Of a stretch of DNA of 64,000 nt, positions 1 through 10,082 are shown piece after piece (the first letter of the stretch is position 1; every line of letters starts with the position of its first letter). Location: the NCBI GenBank assembly GCA_025057135.1, contig JANWXY010000085.1, forward strand, positions 151 to 64,150, written 5' to 3'. This DNA is from Bacteroidia bacterium. Its GTDB lineage: Bacteria; Bacteroidota; Bacteroidia; SpSt-205. The position numbers and the translations under genes are program-made. Below the pieces are notes generated by a model. That model was not told the origin of the DNA, searched no databases, and worked only from the letters and a program-made list of their open reading frames with translations.

Positions 1-1712
1 AAAACATCCCGTACCCGAAGATAAACCTTGCCTTTATTAGAGGCCAACCGCGGGGTGACAATAAGAGATAATGGAACTCGCCCCCGAGAGATAAGAAAGC
101 TTTTGAGAGCATCCGAACGCACCGCCTCTACCCGGGCCTCATAAAATGCTTGGGTGCTCAGACTCAGGTATATCTTACCATTCTCATGCCCAGAGTACTG
201 CAGCCCTCTCAGGAGAAAGCGCGGCGCATCATTCTGCGGCCCAATCGGCTCGAAACGATCACACCAGGAAATAAAGGCTGGATTTCTCAAAAGTTCTACA
301 CTTATTTCTGAGTCTACAAAATCTTTTGGACGAAATGCGCCATAAGCTGCACACCCAGCTTGAAAGGCATGAGTAAATTCCCTCAAAAGCTCTGTCCGTA
401 CAGACAGCCCAGCGGCTCTATCGTGACCACCGAAGCGCTCCATGAAAGGCCGGCAGCATTCACTTAATACCTGATGAAGAGGTATCTCCGCAGGACTGCG
501 AGCCGAACCCACAAGTGTTCCTTTCTCCAAAGTGAAGGCCACCACAGGGCGATAAAACCATTCCATCAGCTTAGAGGCGACTAATCCTATAATTCCTTTA
601 TGCCAGGCTTTCCCTACCACGACAAGGGCGGGTGGAGGAGGAACTTGACCGTTCGTAATACCCGGATGCTGTTCTTCTAAGGAACGTAGTGCCTCTTGAT
701 AAGCACGTTGCTGGAGCTTTTGACGATATGCGTTGAGTTCCTCTAAATACTCGGCAATCCTCTGAAGCTTTGGGCTAAACTCTCTCGCCAGCAGAAGCTG
801 AAGCGTGTAGCGGGGGTCCCTGAGCCTACCAGGAGCATTTAAGCGAGGAACTATCTGAAATACAATCGGACGAGAGTAAGCCAGCTGCTCTGGAGAAAAC
901 CGCGCCTGCTTCATCAAGGCTGCTATACCTGGACGAAGCGATGACTGCATGTGCCGCAGCCCGAGCTGAACGATTGTCCGGTTTTCTCCGACGAGGGGCA
1001 TAATATCCGCCAAAAGACTAATCGCAGCTAAATCCACTCCTTCCCAGTCCTGAGGCTTGCCAAATCGCGCTTTGTAGGTGGCTAAAAGCCGGTAAGTTAG
1101 CGCAGCGGCAGAGAGATACCGATTACTATAAGTAGAGTCCGGCCTTTGAGGATTGACAAATGCATCAGCTGGCGGAAAGGGGTCCGCTTCACTGACTAAG
1201 TGATGATCTAAAACAATAATCTGCATCCCCGCCGCTTTGAGCCTCTGAAGCTGAGGTATATCTTTCGTACCACAATCTACTGCAATAAAAAGCTCGGTAT
1301 CCGAAGCCATCGCATTTTGTACAGCCACATCCGATACACCGTACCCTTCTGAAATACGGTCGGGCAAATGGACTCTTACGCGCTGATGCCCAAGAGATTT
1401 CAGGAAAGAGTAAAGAAGGGCGACAGATGTGGTGCCATCTACATCATAGTCTCCTACGATAAATATGCTTCTATTTCGTTGTACGGCATCGTGTAGGAGC
1501 TCTATGGCATATTCCGCGTCAGGCAGAGAAGCGATATCCGCAAGCAAATGAGGATTTGGAGTGAGAAATGATTCCAAGTCAGAGGCAGTCCGTATCCCGC
1601 GGCGATGGAGCGCCCGAGCAATAGGAGGGGGTACCTCTAAGCCAAAAAGAGGATCCGAGTCAGGTTCGTATAGCTCCCACTGGGAAAAAAGCCCCTGTAG
1701 GAGACGACTCAT
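1..1712 (-). CDS. recJ: Single-stranded-DNA-specific exonuclease RecJ. The N-terminal ~570 aa are in the window and the C-terminus runs off the window start. The ATG at 1712 overlaps the stop of the upstream gene (ATGA).
   Basis: Reverse-strand translation from 1712 gives MSRLLQGLFSQWELYEPDSDPLFGLEVPPPIARALHRRGIRTASDLESFL...IFIVGDYDVDGTTSVALL...IAVDCGT...IIVLDHH. This matches the DHH/DHHA1 RecJ architecture. The reading frame stays open to position 1. Confidence 0.85.
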   Translation of the reverse strand, partial: MSRLLQGLFSQWELYEPDSDPLFGLEVPPPIARALHRRGIRTASDLESFLTPNPHLLADIASLPDAEYAIELLHDAVQRNRSIFIVGDYDVDGTTSVALLYSFLKSLGHQRVRVHLPDRISEGYGVSDVAVQNAMASDTELFIAVDCGTKDIPQLQRLKAAGMQIIVLDHHLVSEADPFPPADAFVNPQRPDSTYSNRYLSAAALTYRLLATYKARFGKPQDWEGVDLAAISLLADIMPLVGENRTIVQLGLRHMQSSLRPGIAALMKQARFSPEQLAYSRPIVFQIVPRLNAPGRLRDPRYTLQLLLAREFSPKLQRIAEYLEELNAYRQKLQQRAYQEALRSLEEQHPGITNGQVPPPPALVVVGKAWHKGIIGLVASKLMEWFYRPVVAFTLEKGTLVGSARSPAEIPLHQVLSECCRPFMERFGGHDRAAGLSVRTELLREFTHAFQAGCAAYGAFRPKDFVDSEISVELLRNPAFISWCDRFEPIGPQNDAPRFLLRGLQYSGHENGKIYLSLSTQAFYEARVEAVRSDALKSFLISRGRVPLSLIVTPRLASNKGKVYLRVRDV

Positions 1713-3421
1713 AAATTCAACGAGGAGCTGAGAGGCGTGTAGCGAAAACCCATGACAAGGACGTCATCGGTTTGTTCTAAATCACCCTTCCACTCACGAA
1801 ATCGCTGCTCTAATATCTGACGCTGTTGGGCAGCTGGAAGCGCATGAATCTCATCCAGTAGCTCATAGAAGCGGCTTTTACCCATACGACGTTTGATAGT
1901 ACCCTCCTGATCTGCATAACCATCTGAGAAGAAGAAAAACATATCCCCGGGTTGAGGTAAAACTTTGTGACTCGTGAAGGGAGTATCCTTGAAGAGATTA
2001 GGATCATCAGCGATACTCCGCGGCGTAGGATGTAGCTCATGACGCTGCCCATCTCTGTAATAAATCAAAGGCCGCCGAGCCCCCGCCACATGAAGCTCGC
2101 CTCTTTCTCTATCTATTTGTACTAAACACATTTCTGCCCCATCTTGGACAACTTCACCCTGAGCTTGTCGTTGAAGCTTCTCACGCACCTGAAGGTCTAC
2201 TATTTGTAGGACACCAGCCACATCAGTTATACCCATCTCATTGACCGCATAGCTAAGGGCATTACTAACAAGGACACTCATAAAAGCCCCAGGCACTCCG
2301 TGTCCTGTACAATCTACGACCGCTAAATAGATATAGCGGCCGTTTTGCTGTTCCGCAAACCAGTAGAAATCTCCGCTGACGACGGCCTTAGGTAAGTAAA
2401 ATATAAAGCTTTCAGGCAAATGATATTGAATCAACTCAGGGCTGGGAATAAGCGCAAGCTGGATGCGCTTAGCATAACGAATACTATCCTCTAACTCCTT
2501 TTTTTGCTCTAAAATCGTATGATAAAGAGCAGCATTTTCCAGTGATATAGCAAGCTGACTGGTAAGCGTCTGGAGCGTATTTTGAACTTCCCGCTGTTCT
2601 CTAAGGTAATCCACGCCTTCACTACGCTCAATAACGACATGCCCCAAATCGCGTCCTCCTTGTTGGAGCCTTATCGGTGCGACAAGGATATGACGACTAT
2701 CCTCAAGCATAGCCTGCATAATCAGGTCCTCTATCTCCTGACGGATAGCGGTGTAACGCTCTTTATCAGCCTCACGCTGAAGAATTTCAACCTGTACTTT
2801 TTTGGCATAAGCGTTCAGAACATTCGCTATACCCTCCAAATAGATATCCTGCTGAGGATACTCTACAACAATCTTGGCGGAAGCAAATCCCACGGTATCA
2901 ACCAAGCTCTCAAAGTACTTCTCTATGAGGCGATTGATTTCACGCTCCCCCGACAGTTTTTGGGTCAAAGTGTTGATATCTCTCAGGAGGCGCATGTAGA
3001 ATTGGAGGCGAATCCGTTGTAAATAAGCTTCCGCAGCCTCCTCTACAGTGAGCATCAAGTCATCTTCGCGCCATGGCTTCATCACATAGCGATACAGACG
3101 AGCATTATTGATGGCATTTTGAACAGCATCCAGCGTAGCTTGGCCAGTGAGAAGTATCTTATAGGAGTCGGGGATTTTTTTGTGGGCTGTAATGAGGAAC
3201 TGGTCGCCTTTCATAGAAGGCATTAGCTGATCGGAGATAATCACAGCAATCTCCCGCCCATCTGTTCGCAGCTCGTCTATGACTTCTAATCCCTCCTCAC
3301 CACTCTGAGCCACCTCACACTCAAACCTCTCCCCCAAGCGGTTCAAAATCTGCTCCTGTAGGCTGTCTAAAATAATCTTTTCATCATCTACGCAGAGGAT
3401 GACTGGTTTCTTATGGTTCAT
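1709..3421 (-). CDS. Response-regulator receiver fused to a PP2C/SpoIIE-type serine phosphatase (RsbU/RsbY-like).
   Basis: The N-terminus MNHKKPVILCVDDEKIILDSL...ISDQLMPSMKGD...KPW is a CheY-like receiver. The C-terminal half carries PPM motifs (SGDFYWF, DCTGHGVPGAFMSV, FSDGYADQ). The stop overlaps the recJ ATG. Confidence 0.8.
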   Translation of the reverse strand: MNHKKPVILCVDDEKIILDSLQEQILNRLGERFECEVAQSGEEGLEVIDELRTDGREIAVIISDQLMPSMKGDQFLITAHKKIPDSYKILLTGQATLDAVQNAINNARLYRYVMKPWREDDLMLTVEEAAEAYLQRIRLQFYMRLLRDINTLTQKLSGEREINRLIEKYFESLVDTVGFASAKIVVEYPQQDIYLEGIANVLNAYAKKVQVEILQREADKERYTAIRQEIEDLIMQAMLEDSRHILVAPIRLQQGGRDLGHVVIERSEGVDYLREQREVQNTLQTLTSQLAISLENAALYHTILEQKKELEDSIRYAKRIQLALIPSPELIQYHLPESFIFYLPKAVVSGDFYWFAEQQNGRYIYLAVVDCTGHGVPGAFMSVLVSNALSYAVNEMGITDVAGVLQIVDLQVREKLQRQAQGEVVQDGAEMCLVQIDRERGELHVAGARRPLIYYRDGQRHELHPTPRSIADDPNLFKDTPFTSHKVLPQPGDMFFFFSDGYADQEGTIKRRMGKSRFYELLDEIHALPAAQQRQILEQRFREWKGDLEQTDDVLVMGFRYTPLSSSLNL

Positions 3422-3427
3422 AAAGGA

Positions 3428-3844
3428 TCAGCTGAGTCCCAGTTTCTTTAGAGCACTATTCACATAGTTGATAAGGTCATCTTCGCGCCAGGGCTTACGG
3501 ATGTATGCGTATAGATTCGCATTTTGAAAAGCATTTTCTACGGCTTCCGGGTCAGCTTGTCCTGTGAGCATGATGGTCACGGTCTCGGGATACTTCTGAT
3601 GAAGCTCTATGAGAAAAGTATCACCTTTGACACGCGGCATTAGCCAATCCGAAATGACAAGCACCATTTCATAGCCCTGAGAGACGAGGTCATCAATAAC
3701 CTCCCATGCTTCATCCACGCTTTCAGCGATCTCATACTCAAACTTATCACCGAAAGTAGTGCGAAGCTGTTCTTGCAAGCTATCCAGGACTATCTTCTCA
3801 TCATCCACACAGAGGATAGCCCGTTTATGTTTCTGTGTCGTCAT
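3428..3844 (-). CDS. Single-domain CheY-like response regulator.
   Basis: 138 aa. Motifs CVDDEKIVLDSL, phospho-acceptor ISDWLMPRVKGD, MLTGQA, IRKPW. No output domain. There is a 6-bp gap to the downstream gene and a 2-bp gap to the upstream kinase. Confidence 0.8.
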   Translation of the reverse strand: MTTQKHKRAILCVDDEKIVLDSLQEQLRTTFGDKFEYEIAESVDEAWEVIDDLVSQGYEMVLVISDWLMPRVKGDTFLIELHQKYPETVTIMLTGQADPEAVENAFQNANLYAYIRKPWREDDLINYVNSALKKLGLS

Positions 3845-3846
3845 AG

Positions 3847-6800
3847 TTATGCAGATTGGACTGTTTGCTGACTAACCACGGTACTCTCAAAAGGCGTCTT
3901 TACGGGAAGACGCACGAAGAAGGTGGTCTTACCCGGCTCACTCTCAAAATAAATCTTTCCTCCATGCTTTTCTACAATCCGACGGGATATATCTAACCCC
4001 AGCCCTGTACCTTCACCTGCCGGCTTCGTGGTAAAAAATGCCTCAAATATCTTGTCTTGAATCTCCTTCGGAATGCCAGGTCCTGAGTCTGTGAAACTCG
4101 TGACAATATCGTCTCCCTCCCTTTTCACTCGGATATGTAGTGAGCCTTTACCTTGCATAGCCTGTATAGCATTTGATATGATATTGGTCCAAACCTGCGA
4201 TATTTGGTCGGGAAGACCTAAAATCTGCGGTAGATCTGCGTCGTATTCCTTAGTGACTTCTATACCGTATTTTAGCTGGTTGTGATAAATGATCAACACT
4301 GTCTCCACCGTATCAACGATACTCATGTACTCAGGTCTGTCTTCCACGCCTTTACGGGAGTAAGCTTTGAGCGCGAAAACAATCTTCTGTGTCTTGCCGA
4401 CGGCAAGCTCTATATTGTCCACATTCAGGCGGAGCTTGCCTATGTTGCCGACCATATCTATTATGAAGCTTGATTTAGGATGTTTGAGGAGAGGCAAGAA
4501 CGGCTCCAAGTTGTCAAAAATACCAATCTTGATTAAGGATTGGGCAAGATTAGCGGCATTCGGGATATTGTTCTGCTCCAGCCATTCCGTGAGCTGACGA
4601 CGATATTGACGCTCTTCTCGGGAGGTAAGAGAACCAGTAAAGCCCAAAGTACGCTCTACCATCTGAAAGAAGAGAGGCGCCATATCTCCAAGTATAGATA
4701 TGAGCTCTGGATATTGCTGAAGGGTCTGTGGCAGAGACTTAGAGATATTTGAAGCAGCTGCACTGATAGCACCGATCGGCGTGTTAATCTCATGAGCTAC
4801 GCCGGCGATTAGCTGACCGAGGGCGGCCATTTTCTCTGATTGAACAAGCTGCTGCTGGGTGTTTTTCAGGTCTTCGTATGCTACTTCTAAATCTTTCTTT
4901 GCTGCCGAAAGTTTGGAGTAGCTTTCTTGAAGTTCGGCAGTACGAGCGCGTACCACAGCTTCCAACTCTCGATTACGGGCTTCCAGCCGAGCAGCATTTA
5001 GGCGTATGAGAGCAAAAACAAGTAACAATGCTAAAACTACATAGAGCACGTATGCCCAGGTAGTACGCCACCAAGGAGGAAGCACCCGAAAGCTATACTT
5101 GAAAGGCGGAGCTTCCATACCGAAAGGCGTGATAGCCTGCACCTCCAAGGTGTAATTCCCCTCAGAGAGGTCGGCAAATGGGATGGACGCCCCAGACTCT
5201 ATGTAGCTCCAATCCCGCTGCTCCCCCGCCTCACTCAAACGATAGCGAAACCGAGTGCGAGCAAGGTTTCCATACGGATTCAGCCAAGAAATAAGGATTT
5301 TACCATAGGCGAGGGAAACAGGCACTTCAGGTATCGCTTTATCTGGCTGACTGAGAAGCAACTTCATCTCCTCGGGAGAATAGTAGCGCCCTCCCCATAA
5401 AAGCGAGTCTTCCCCGATTACAGTCGCACGAATCAATGTCGGCGGTAACGTAAGAGGTTGAAAAGTGAGGTTTCCAGTGACCAGTTCGTCTTTATATGCA
5501 GCCCAGACCGTCCCACCCTGAGCGTATACCACATCGGGGCGACGCCCAAGCAGATTTAGGGTGAGAGGCTTTTCGTCTATAAAAAAAGTCAAAGCGTTTC
5601 CCCCAGAAGTTGCACTCAATACACGCAAGCCCTCGGGATGACGGACAAGTAAATAAGAACCTACGGAAACTATGCGGTCTATCCGCTCCGATATAAGGAG
5701 ACTCCCGAGATTAGGGACAGGGTCAAACTTGCCAGTGGCCTCCTTCAGGGCGTAAATAGACTGCCCCCCTTGAACTAATATCTGATCCTGTATGCGACCC
5801 ACAAAGTAACTGGCTTTTTCCAGGCCGAGCTCTTCATCCGTAGCTTGAACTTTCCGGGTTGAAAGGTCATACTTGAGCAGTCCACCAGAGGTACCAAGCC
5901 AAAGAGTTTGTTTATCTTCTACAAGGCTTTGAACATCTTGGGCATACAGCATGCTGGACTCCTTCCATGCCCCACCCTCATAACGCAGTAGATACAATCC
6001 CCCTCGTCCATACGCATATGCCGTCTGCTGATTGTACGATGAGGGTACGATTCCGACGAAAGCCTTATCTCTGATGATGGGTACGGGGGTACCCCCAGTG
6101 ATATCATACAGCCCCTGAGAACTAGCCAATAAAATACGATTATTCAGCCGCGCAAGGCGCCAACATTCTGAGTTTATGCCAGGTAACTTTTCTGCACGCT
6201 TCTCTTGGGGACGAAACTTAAATGTTCCCTGGATACTGGTGACATACACCTCGGGACCATTAGGCAGGATATCTGTGATTTTACCTTCTATTCCAATCCC
6301 CCTATAGCTGCGCAGAGGAAGGCCGTACAGCACATGCGTGAGCCCTCGTCCATGAGACACCCAAGCATGACCCGCCTCATCTGCGAATAGGGCATATATA
6401 GCATTATCGGGGAATCCCTGTGCCTTGGTCCAGCGCTCGAGCGTGCGCCCTTGAGCATCTATTACGAGCACGCCTCCGTTGTAAGTACCTACTAAAATAT
6501 GCTCAGAGAGAGTAGTAGCTTTATAGATTCGGTTTTCCCGAAGGTATGCTTGATCTTGGAGTTTTATCGGTGTAAAGCCCCCTGCACCTGAGCGCTTACC
6601 CTCATATACATCTCCATCATCCGTGAGGATAAATACAGAGTTGCCAAGCGACACAATTGCACTGACATATTTGTCGTTAAAAACTTTGCCCTGGGGAATG
6701 GGTTGCATGGAGTTAGGGTTAAGCTTGTGCAAACCGCCACCTCCTCTGAGATTTACCCAGACTTCATCGCCAACCTTACCCGCAGCAGTAACAATCACAT

Positions 6801-7272
6801 CGGCTCCGAGAGGTAGAGGATACGGTGCTACGGCTAACTGACTGCCATCTACATATATCACCGATTTAGGTCCTGCGAAATATACACTATTCTGAGCATC
6901 CGAGAAAACCCACTCTATGTCTCCGAAGTTTTGCTTATCCCGAGGTAAAAACCCCCTGTAAGAAGCGTAGTACAGCCGCCCTAAGGAGTCCGTTTTCAGT
7001 TCTCCAAAATCTCCTCTGGACCCTACCCATATGCGATGATTGGGAGAGATAGCCAATCCCCGAACAAGGCTGGTCGTAGGATAAAATTTCCAGCGCTGTC
7101 CATCGTACTCGGAAATACCCTGATTTGTACCGACATATATTAGTCCAGTAGTGGGATCTTGGGTGATAGCGCGTACCTGGGTATATGCCCCATAGTCGTC
7201 CTCAGAAAAGGTATACCATATAGGATATCCCTGCGCCCACAAAAACCCGATTAGGAAGCCTAAAGCCCTCAT
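3847..7272 (-). CDS. Sensor histidine kinase with a periplasmic two-component-regulator beta-propeller plus Y_Y_Y domain, then TM helix, HisKA and HATPase_c.
   Basis: Signal peptide MRALGFLIGFLWAQG. Repeated propeller blades (IWVGSRGD, LWLGTSGGL and similar). Y_Y_Y-like segment NYTLEVQAITPFGMEAPPFKYSFRVLPPWW. TM helix WAYVLYVVLALLLVFALI. H-box SEKMAALGQLIAGVAHEINTPIGAI. G-boxes DSGPGIP...GTGLGL. The six-frame track starts at a TTG at 7275; the first ATG is at 7272. Confidence 0.85.
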   Translation of the reverse strand: MRALGFLIGFLWAQGYPIWYTFSEDDYGAYTQVRAITQDPTTGLIYVGTNQGISEYDGQRWKFYPTTSLVRGLAISPNHRIWVGSRGDFGELKTDSLGRLYYASYRGFLPRDKQNFGDIEWVFSDAQNSVYFAGPKSVIYVDGSQLAVAPYPLPLGADVIVTAAGKVGDEVWVNLRGGGGLHKLNPNSMQPIPQGKVFNDKYVSAIVSLGNSVFILTDDGDVYEGKRSGAGGFTPIKLQDQAYLRENRIYKATTLSEHILVGTYNGGVLVIDAQGRTLERWTKAQGFPDNAIYALFADEAGHAWVSHGRGLTHVLYGLPLRSYRGIGIEGKITDILPNGPEVYVTSIQGTFKFRPQEKRAEKLPGINSECWRLARLNNRILLASSQGLYDITGGTPVPIIRDKAFVGIVPSSYNQQTAYAYGRGGLYLLRYEGGAWKESSMLYAQDVQSLVEDKQTLWLGTSGGLLKYDLSTRKVQATDEELGLEKASYFVGRIQDQILVQGGQSIYALKEATGKFDPVPNLGSLLISERIDRIVSVGSYLLVRHPEGLRVLSATSGGNALTFFIDEKPLTLNLLGRRPDVVYAQGGTVWAAYKDELVTGNLTFQPLTLPPTLIRATVIGEDSLLWGGRYYSPEEMKLLLSQPDKAIPEVPVSLAYGKILISWLNPYGNLARTRFRYRLSEAGEQRDWSYIESGASIPFADLSEGNYTLEVQAITPFGMEAPPFKYSFRVLPPWWRTTWAYVLYVVLALLLVFALIRLNAARLEARNRELEAVVRARTAELQESYSKLSAAKKDLEVAYEDLKNTQQQLVQSEKMAALGQLIAGVAHEINTPIGAISAAASNISKSLPQTLQQYPELISILGDMAPLFFQMVERTLGFTGSLTSREERQYRRQLTEWLEQNNIPNAANLAQSLIKIGIFDNLEPFLPLLKHPKSSFIIDMVGNIGKLRLNVDNIELAVGKTQKIVFALKAYSRKGVEDRPEYMSIVDTVETVLIIYHNQLKYGIEVTKEYDADLPQILGLPDQISQVWTNIISNAIQAMQGKGSLHIRVKREGDDIVTSFTDSGPGIPKEIQDKIFEAFFTTKPAGEGTGLGLDISRRIVEKHGGKIYFESEPGKTTFFVRLPVKTPFESTVVSQQTVQSA

Positions 7273-7304
7273 CAAACCGCAATATTACGAACTTTGTTGA
7301 AAAC

Positions 7305-8981
7305 ATGTTGTTACGGCTAAGCATTCATAACCTCGCTCTCTTTAGGGAGGCAGACCTGATTTTAGAGCCTGGCCTGAATATCCTGACTGGGGAAACGGGA
7401 GCAGGCAAATCCCTCCTTGTAGAGTCTCTAAATATGCTCTTAGGGTATAAGGCAGAGCTCCCCCCCCTCGTAAGCAAGGCAGTCATAGAAGCGGTATTTG
7501 CTCCTATTCCAGAAGCGTTTTTAGCCCACTTATTAGAGCCAGCCGAGGAGCTCGTCCTGCGGTGCGAACTGTCAGCCTCCGGTCGTCGGCGCCTTTTTCT
7601 CAATGATAGTCTCATTTCTGCTCAGACGCTCCGAGAACTCTCCTACTACCTCGTAGAAATTCATAGCCAGCACGAAAGCCAGCAGCTATTTCAACCGCAT
7701 TTTCAGCGGGAGCTATTGGATAATTACGCTGAACTCACACAAGAAGTCAGGGCTTATCAGCAGTTGTATAAAATGTGGCAAGAAAAGAAAGCCCAGCTTG
7801 CTGACCTTCAAAAAAATCATACGGAGCGAAGCCAGCGAATAGCTTGGCTCACGACTCAATTAGAAGAGCTGCAAAATACTCGCCTCTCTACAGAGGAGTA
7901 CATTCACTTAGAAACGCAAATCAGGCGTATAGAGCATCAGGCGCAAATCATCCAGACCCTATCCTATTGGCTCCATCAGCTCAGTGAAAGCCCCCATGCC
8001 CCGTCTGCTCTCCTCAAGGAGGCGACAAAAAGTATTTCTAAGCTTCCTCTGCCCGAAACAGAGGCTATCCTCTCCGATATAGAGTCAGCCCGAGCTGCCC
8101 TTAACGAAGCTATCGCTCGTATAGAAACTCTACTCAGCGAAGTCTCCATAGATTCCGAAGAGGTAGAAAAAATTCGTCTTCGTTACGACCAGTACAACTC
8201 TCTACTGCTCAAATACCGCCTCCCGACCGTGGAAGCTCTCATTGAGATGAGAGATCGCCTCCAAGCGGAATACAACCGCCTGAATACAGCTCAAGAAAGC
8301 TTAGCCCCCCTCCAAGCTGAAGTAGATGCCCTCACCCAAGCCCTATTAGAGAAAGCTTACCGACTGGAACTAGCACGTCTGGCTGCTGCCCAAAGCCTCT
8401 CCGACCATGTGCAGACCTACTTAGCCGAACTGGGCTTAGGATACGCCCATTTTCAGATAGCGGTGGAAAGGCTCACCGATACTAATAGCCCCTATACATG
8501 GGATGGGCAACATATACTCCTCACTCCGTATGGTTTCTCAGATATCGCCTTTCTACTGAGGACAGCACCTAATTTCCCTCTGGCGCCCTTATCGCAGGTC
8601 GCATCAGGGGGAGAGCTCTCCCGAATTATGCTCGCCTTGAAGGCCGCCTTGGGAGAGAGAGTAGAGCTCCCTACGCTTGTGCTGGATGAGATAGATACTG
8701 GTCTCAGCGGAGAGGGCGCTCGTCGAATGGGAGAATTCCTGGCTCGCCTGAGCCGACGCTTTCAGATTATTCTCATCACCCATTTGCCTGCCATAGCGGC
8801 TCAACCAGGGGCGCATTTCTACATATGGAAAGAACCTACGCCAGAAGGCTGGCATACACAAATACGCCGTCTCTCCCCGAATGAAAGAATCCATGAAATC
8901 GCTCGTATGCTTAGTGGAGAAGCCGCAGGTGACGCTTCTCTTGCGGCTGCACAAGAGCTCCTCAAAAGCTCCGCCAAATGA
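7305..8981 (+). CDS. recN: DNA repair protein RecN.
   Basis: MLLRLSIHNLALFREADLILEPGLNILTGETGAGKSLL (Walker A), long coiled-coil middle region, C-terminal SGGELSRIMLALK...LVLDEIDTGLSG (signature/Walker B). It is divergent from the kinase gene with only 32 bp between the start codons. Confidence 0.9.
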   Translation: MLLRLSIHNLALFREADLILEPGLNILTGETGAGKSLLVESLNMLLGYKAELPPLVSKAVIEAVFAPIPEAFLAHLLEPAEELVLRCELSASGRRRLFLNDSLISAQTLRELSYYLVEIHSQHESQQLFQPHFQRELLDNYAELTQEVRAYQQLYKMWQEKKAQLADLQKNHTERSQRIAWLTTQLEELQNTRLSTEEYIHLETQIRRIEHQAQIIQTLSYWLHQLSESPHAPSALLKEATKSISKLPLPETEAILSDIESARAALNEAIARIETLLSEVSIDSEEVEKIRLRYDQYNSLLLKYRLPTVEALIEMRDRLQAEYNRLNTAQESLAPLQAEVDALTQALLEKAYRLELARLAAAQSLSDHVQTYLAELGLGYAHFQIAVERLTDTNSPYTWDGQHILLTPYGFSDIAFLLRTAPNFPLAPLSQVASGGELSRIMLALKAALGERVELPTLVLDEIDTGLSGEGARRMGEFLARLSRRFQIILITHLPAIAAQPGAHFYIWKEPTPEGWHTQIRRLSPNERIHEIARMLSGEAAGDASLAAAQELLKSSAK

Positions 8982-9469
8982 GCTTCTTTCAAGCGCTGCT
9001 CCTCACACTTCCAGCTTTATCCCTATCGCAGGTTCTACCTGCCTACCACTGGTCAGAGATAGAGAGTCGCATGTCCCACAGCGCAGAAACCCTATATGTT
9101 ATCAACTTCTGGAGCACTTGGTGTCGTCCCTGTATTGCGGAGCTCCCCTTACTTCAAGCCGCTTATGAGAAACTCAAAGAGCAGATACCTGTACAAATAT
9201 GGCTGATTAGCTTGGACCTTCCACCAGATGGGGCCCAAAAGGCTGCCCAGCTTCTAAGGCAAAAACGCATTTATCTCCCTGCCCTGTGGCTAAACGAGTC
9301 TGACCCTAACCAATGGATACCCCATGTAGACTCTATGTGGGATGGCGCTATACCCTACACCAGAGCCTGGAATGTACCACTTCGGCACACCACGGATTTC
9401 TCCTCAGTCGGAGAAATAGTTGATTTTGTTAAGAAAGCATATGATACGCTTAGGAGTGCTCATCGGTAG
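8978..9469 (+). CDS. Secreted TlpA/ResA-like thioredoxin-fold thiol-disulfide oxidoreductase.
   Basis: Signal peptide MSFFQALLLTLPALSLS. CxxC motif WSTWCRPCIAELP. The ATG overlaps the recN stop (ATGA). Confidence 0.6.
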   Translation: MSFFQALLLTLPALSLSQVLPAYHWSEIESRMSHSAETLYVINFWSTWCRPCIAELPLLQAAYEKLKEQIPVQIWLISLDLPPDGAQKAAQLLRQKRIYLPALWLNESDPNQWIPHVDSMWDGAIPYTRAWNVPLRHTTDFSSVGEIVDFVKKAYDTLRSAHR

Positions 9470-10022
9470 CCTCACCTTTTTAGGTGTCAGGGTCGGGGAC
9501 CAAGCGCCAGATTTTTCCCTCAAAAATATAGATGGAAAGCTCGTCAGTCTCTCCGATTATGCGAAAGAGAAGGGGGTCATCGTAATCTTTACCTGCAATC
9601 ATTGCCCGTATGCCAAGCTTTACGAAGAACGGATTATAGCTCTGCACAAAGAGTTTGCGCCTAAGGGCTTCCCTGTCGTAGCCATCAATCCGAATGCCCC
9701 AGAAATCGTCCCTGAGGACAGCTACGAAAACATGCAGAAACGAGCGAAGGAAAAGAATTATCCCTTCCCATATCTTTTTGATGAAAAGCAGGAGGTCGCT
9801 CGGGCTTATGGGGCAACAAAAACTCCCCATGTATTTCTGCTTCAGAATCAGGGAAAAGCTTTTACCATCGCCTACATTGGGGCAATAGATGATAGCCCAA
9901 ATGACCCTCAAAAAATACAGAAACGCTATCTGGCAGAAGCAATTGAAGCTCTGATAGCTGGCAAGCCCGTACCTATTCCTGAAACTAAAGCCATCGGCTG
10001 CAGCGTCAAGTACCGCAAATAA
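9441..10022 (+). CDS. Thioredoxin-fold (redoxin/TlpA-like) protein.
   Basis: The first ATG in frame is at 9441 (MIRLGVLIGSLTFLG signal-like). FTCNHCPYAKLYEER supplies the CxxC motif. It overlaps the previous gene by 29 nt. The track's 9420 start is a TTG. Confidence 0.55.
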   Translation: MIRLGVLIGSLTFLGVRVGDQAPDFSLKNIDGKLVSLSDYAKEKGVIVIFTCNHCPYAKLYEERIIALHKEFAPKGFPVVAINPNAPEIVPEDSYENMQKRAKEKNYPFPYLFDEKQEVARAYGATKTPHVFLLQNQGKAFTIAYIGAIDDSPNDPQKIQKRYLAEAIEALIAGKPVPIPETKAIGCSVKYRK

Positions 10023-10082
10023 ATCCCTATCCGAACGCCAATAGAGTCATAGCCTTTTCACGCGTAGTTTGCACAGTTCAAA

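Noticed and set aside
154-345. 63-aa plus-strand ORF.
   Set aside because: It lies inside and antisense to the well-supported recJ coding region.
2582-3022. 146-aa plus-strand ORF, and the similar short ORFs at 4073-4752.
   Set aside because: They are antisense to the receiver-PP2C and kinase genes, with no motifs and no promoter context.
8604-8954. 116-aa minus-strand ORF inside recN, and the 96-aa ORF at 7325-7615.
   Set aside because: Both are antisense to the strongly supported recN.
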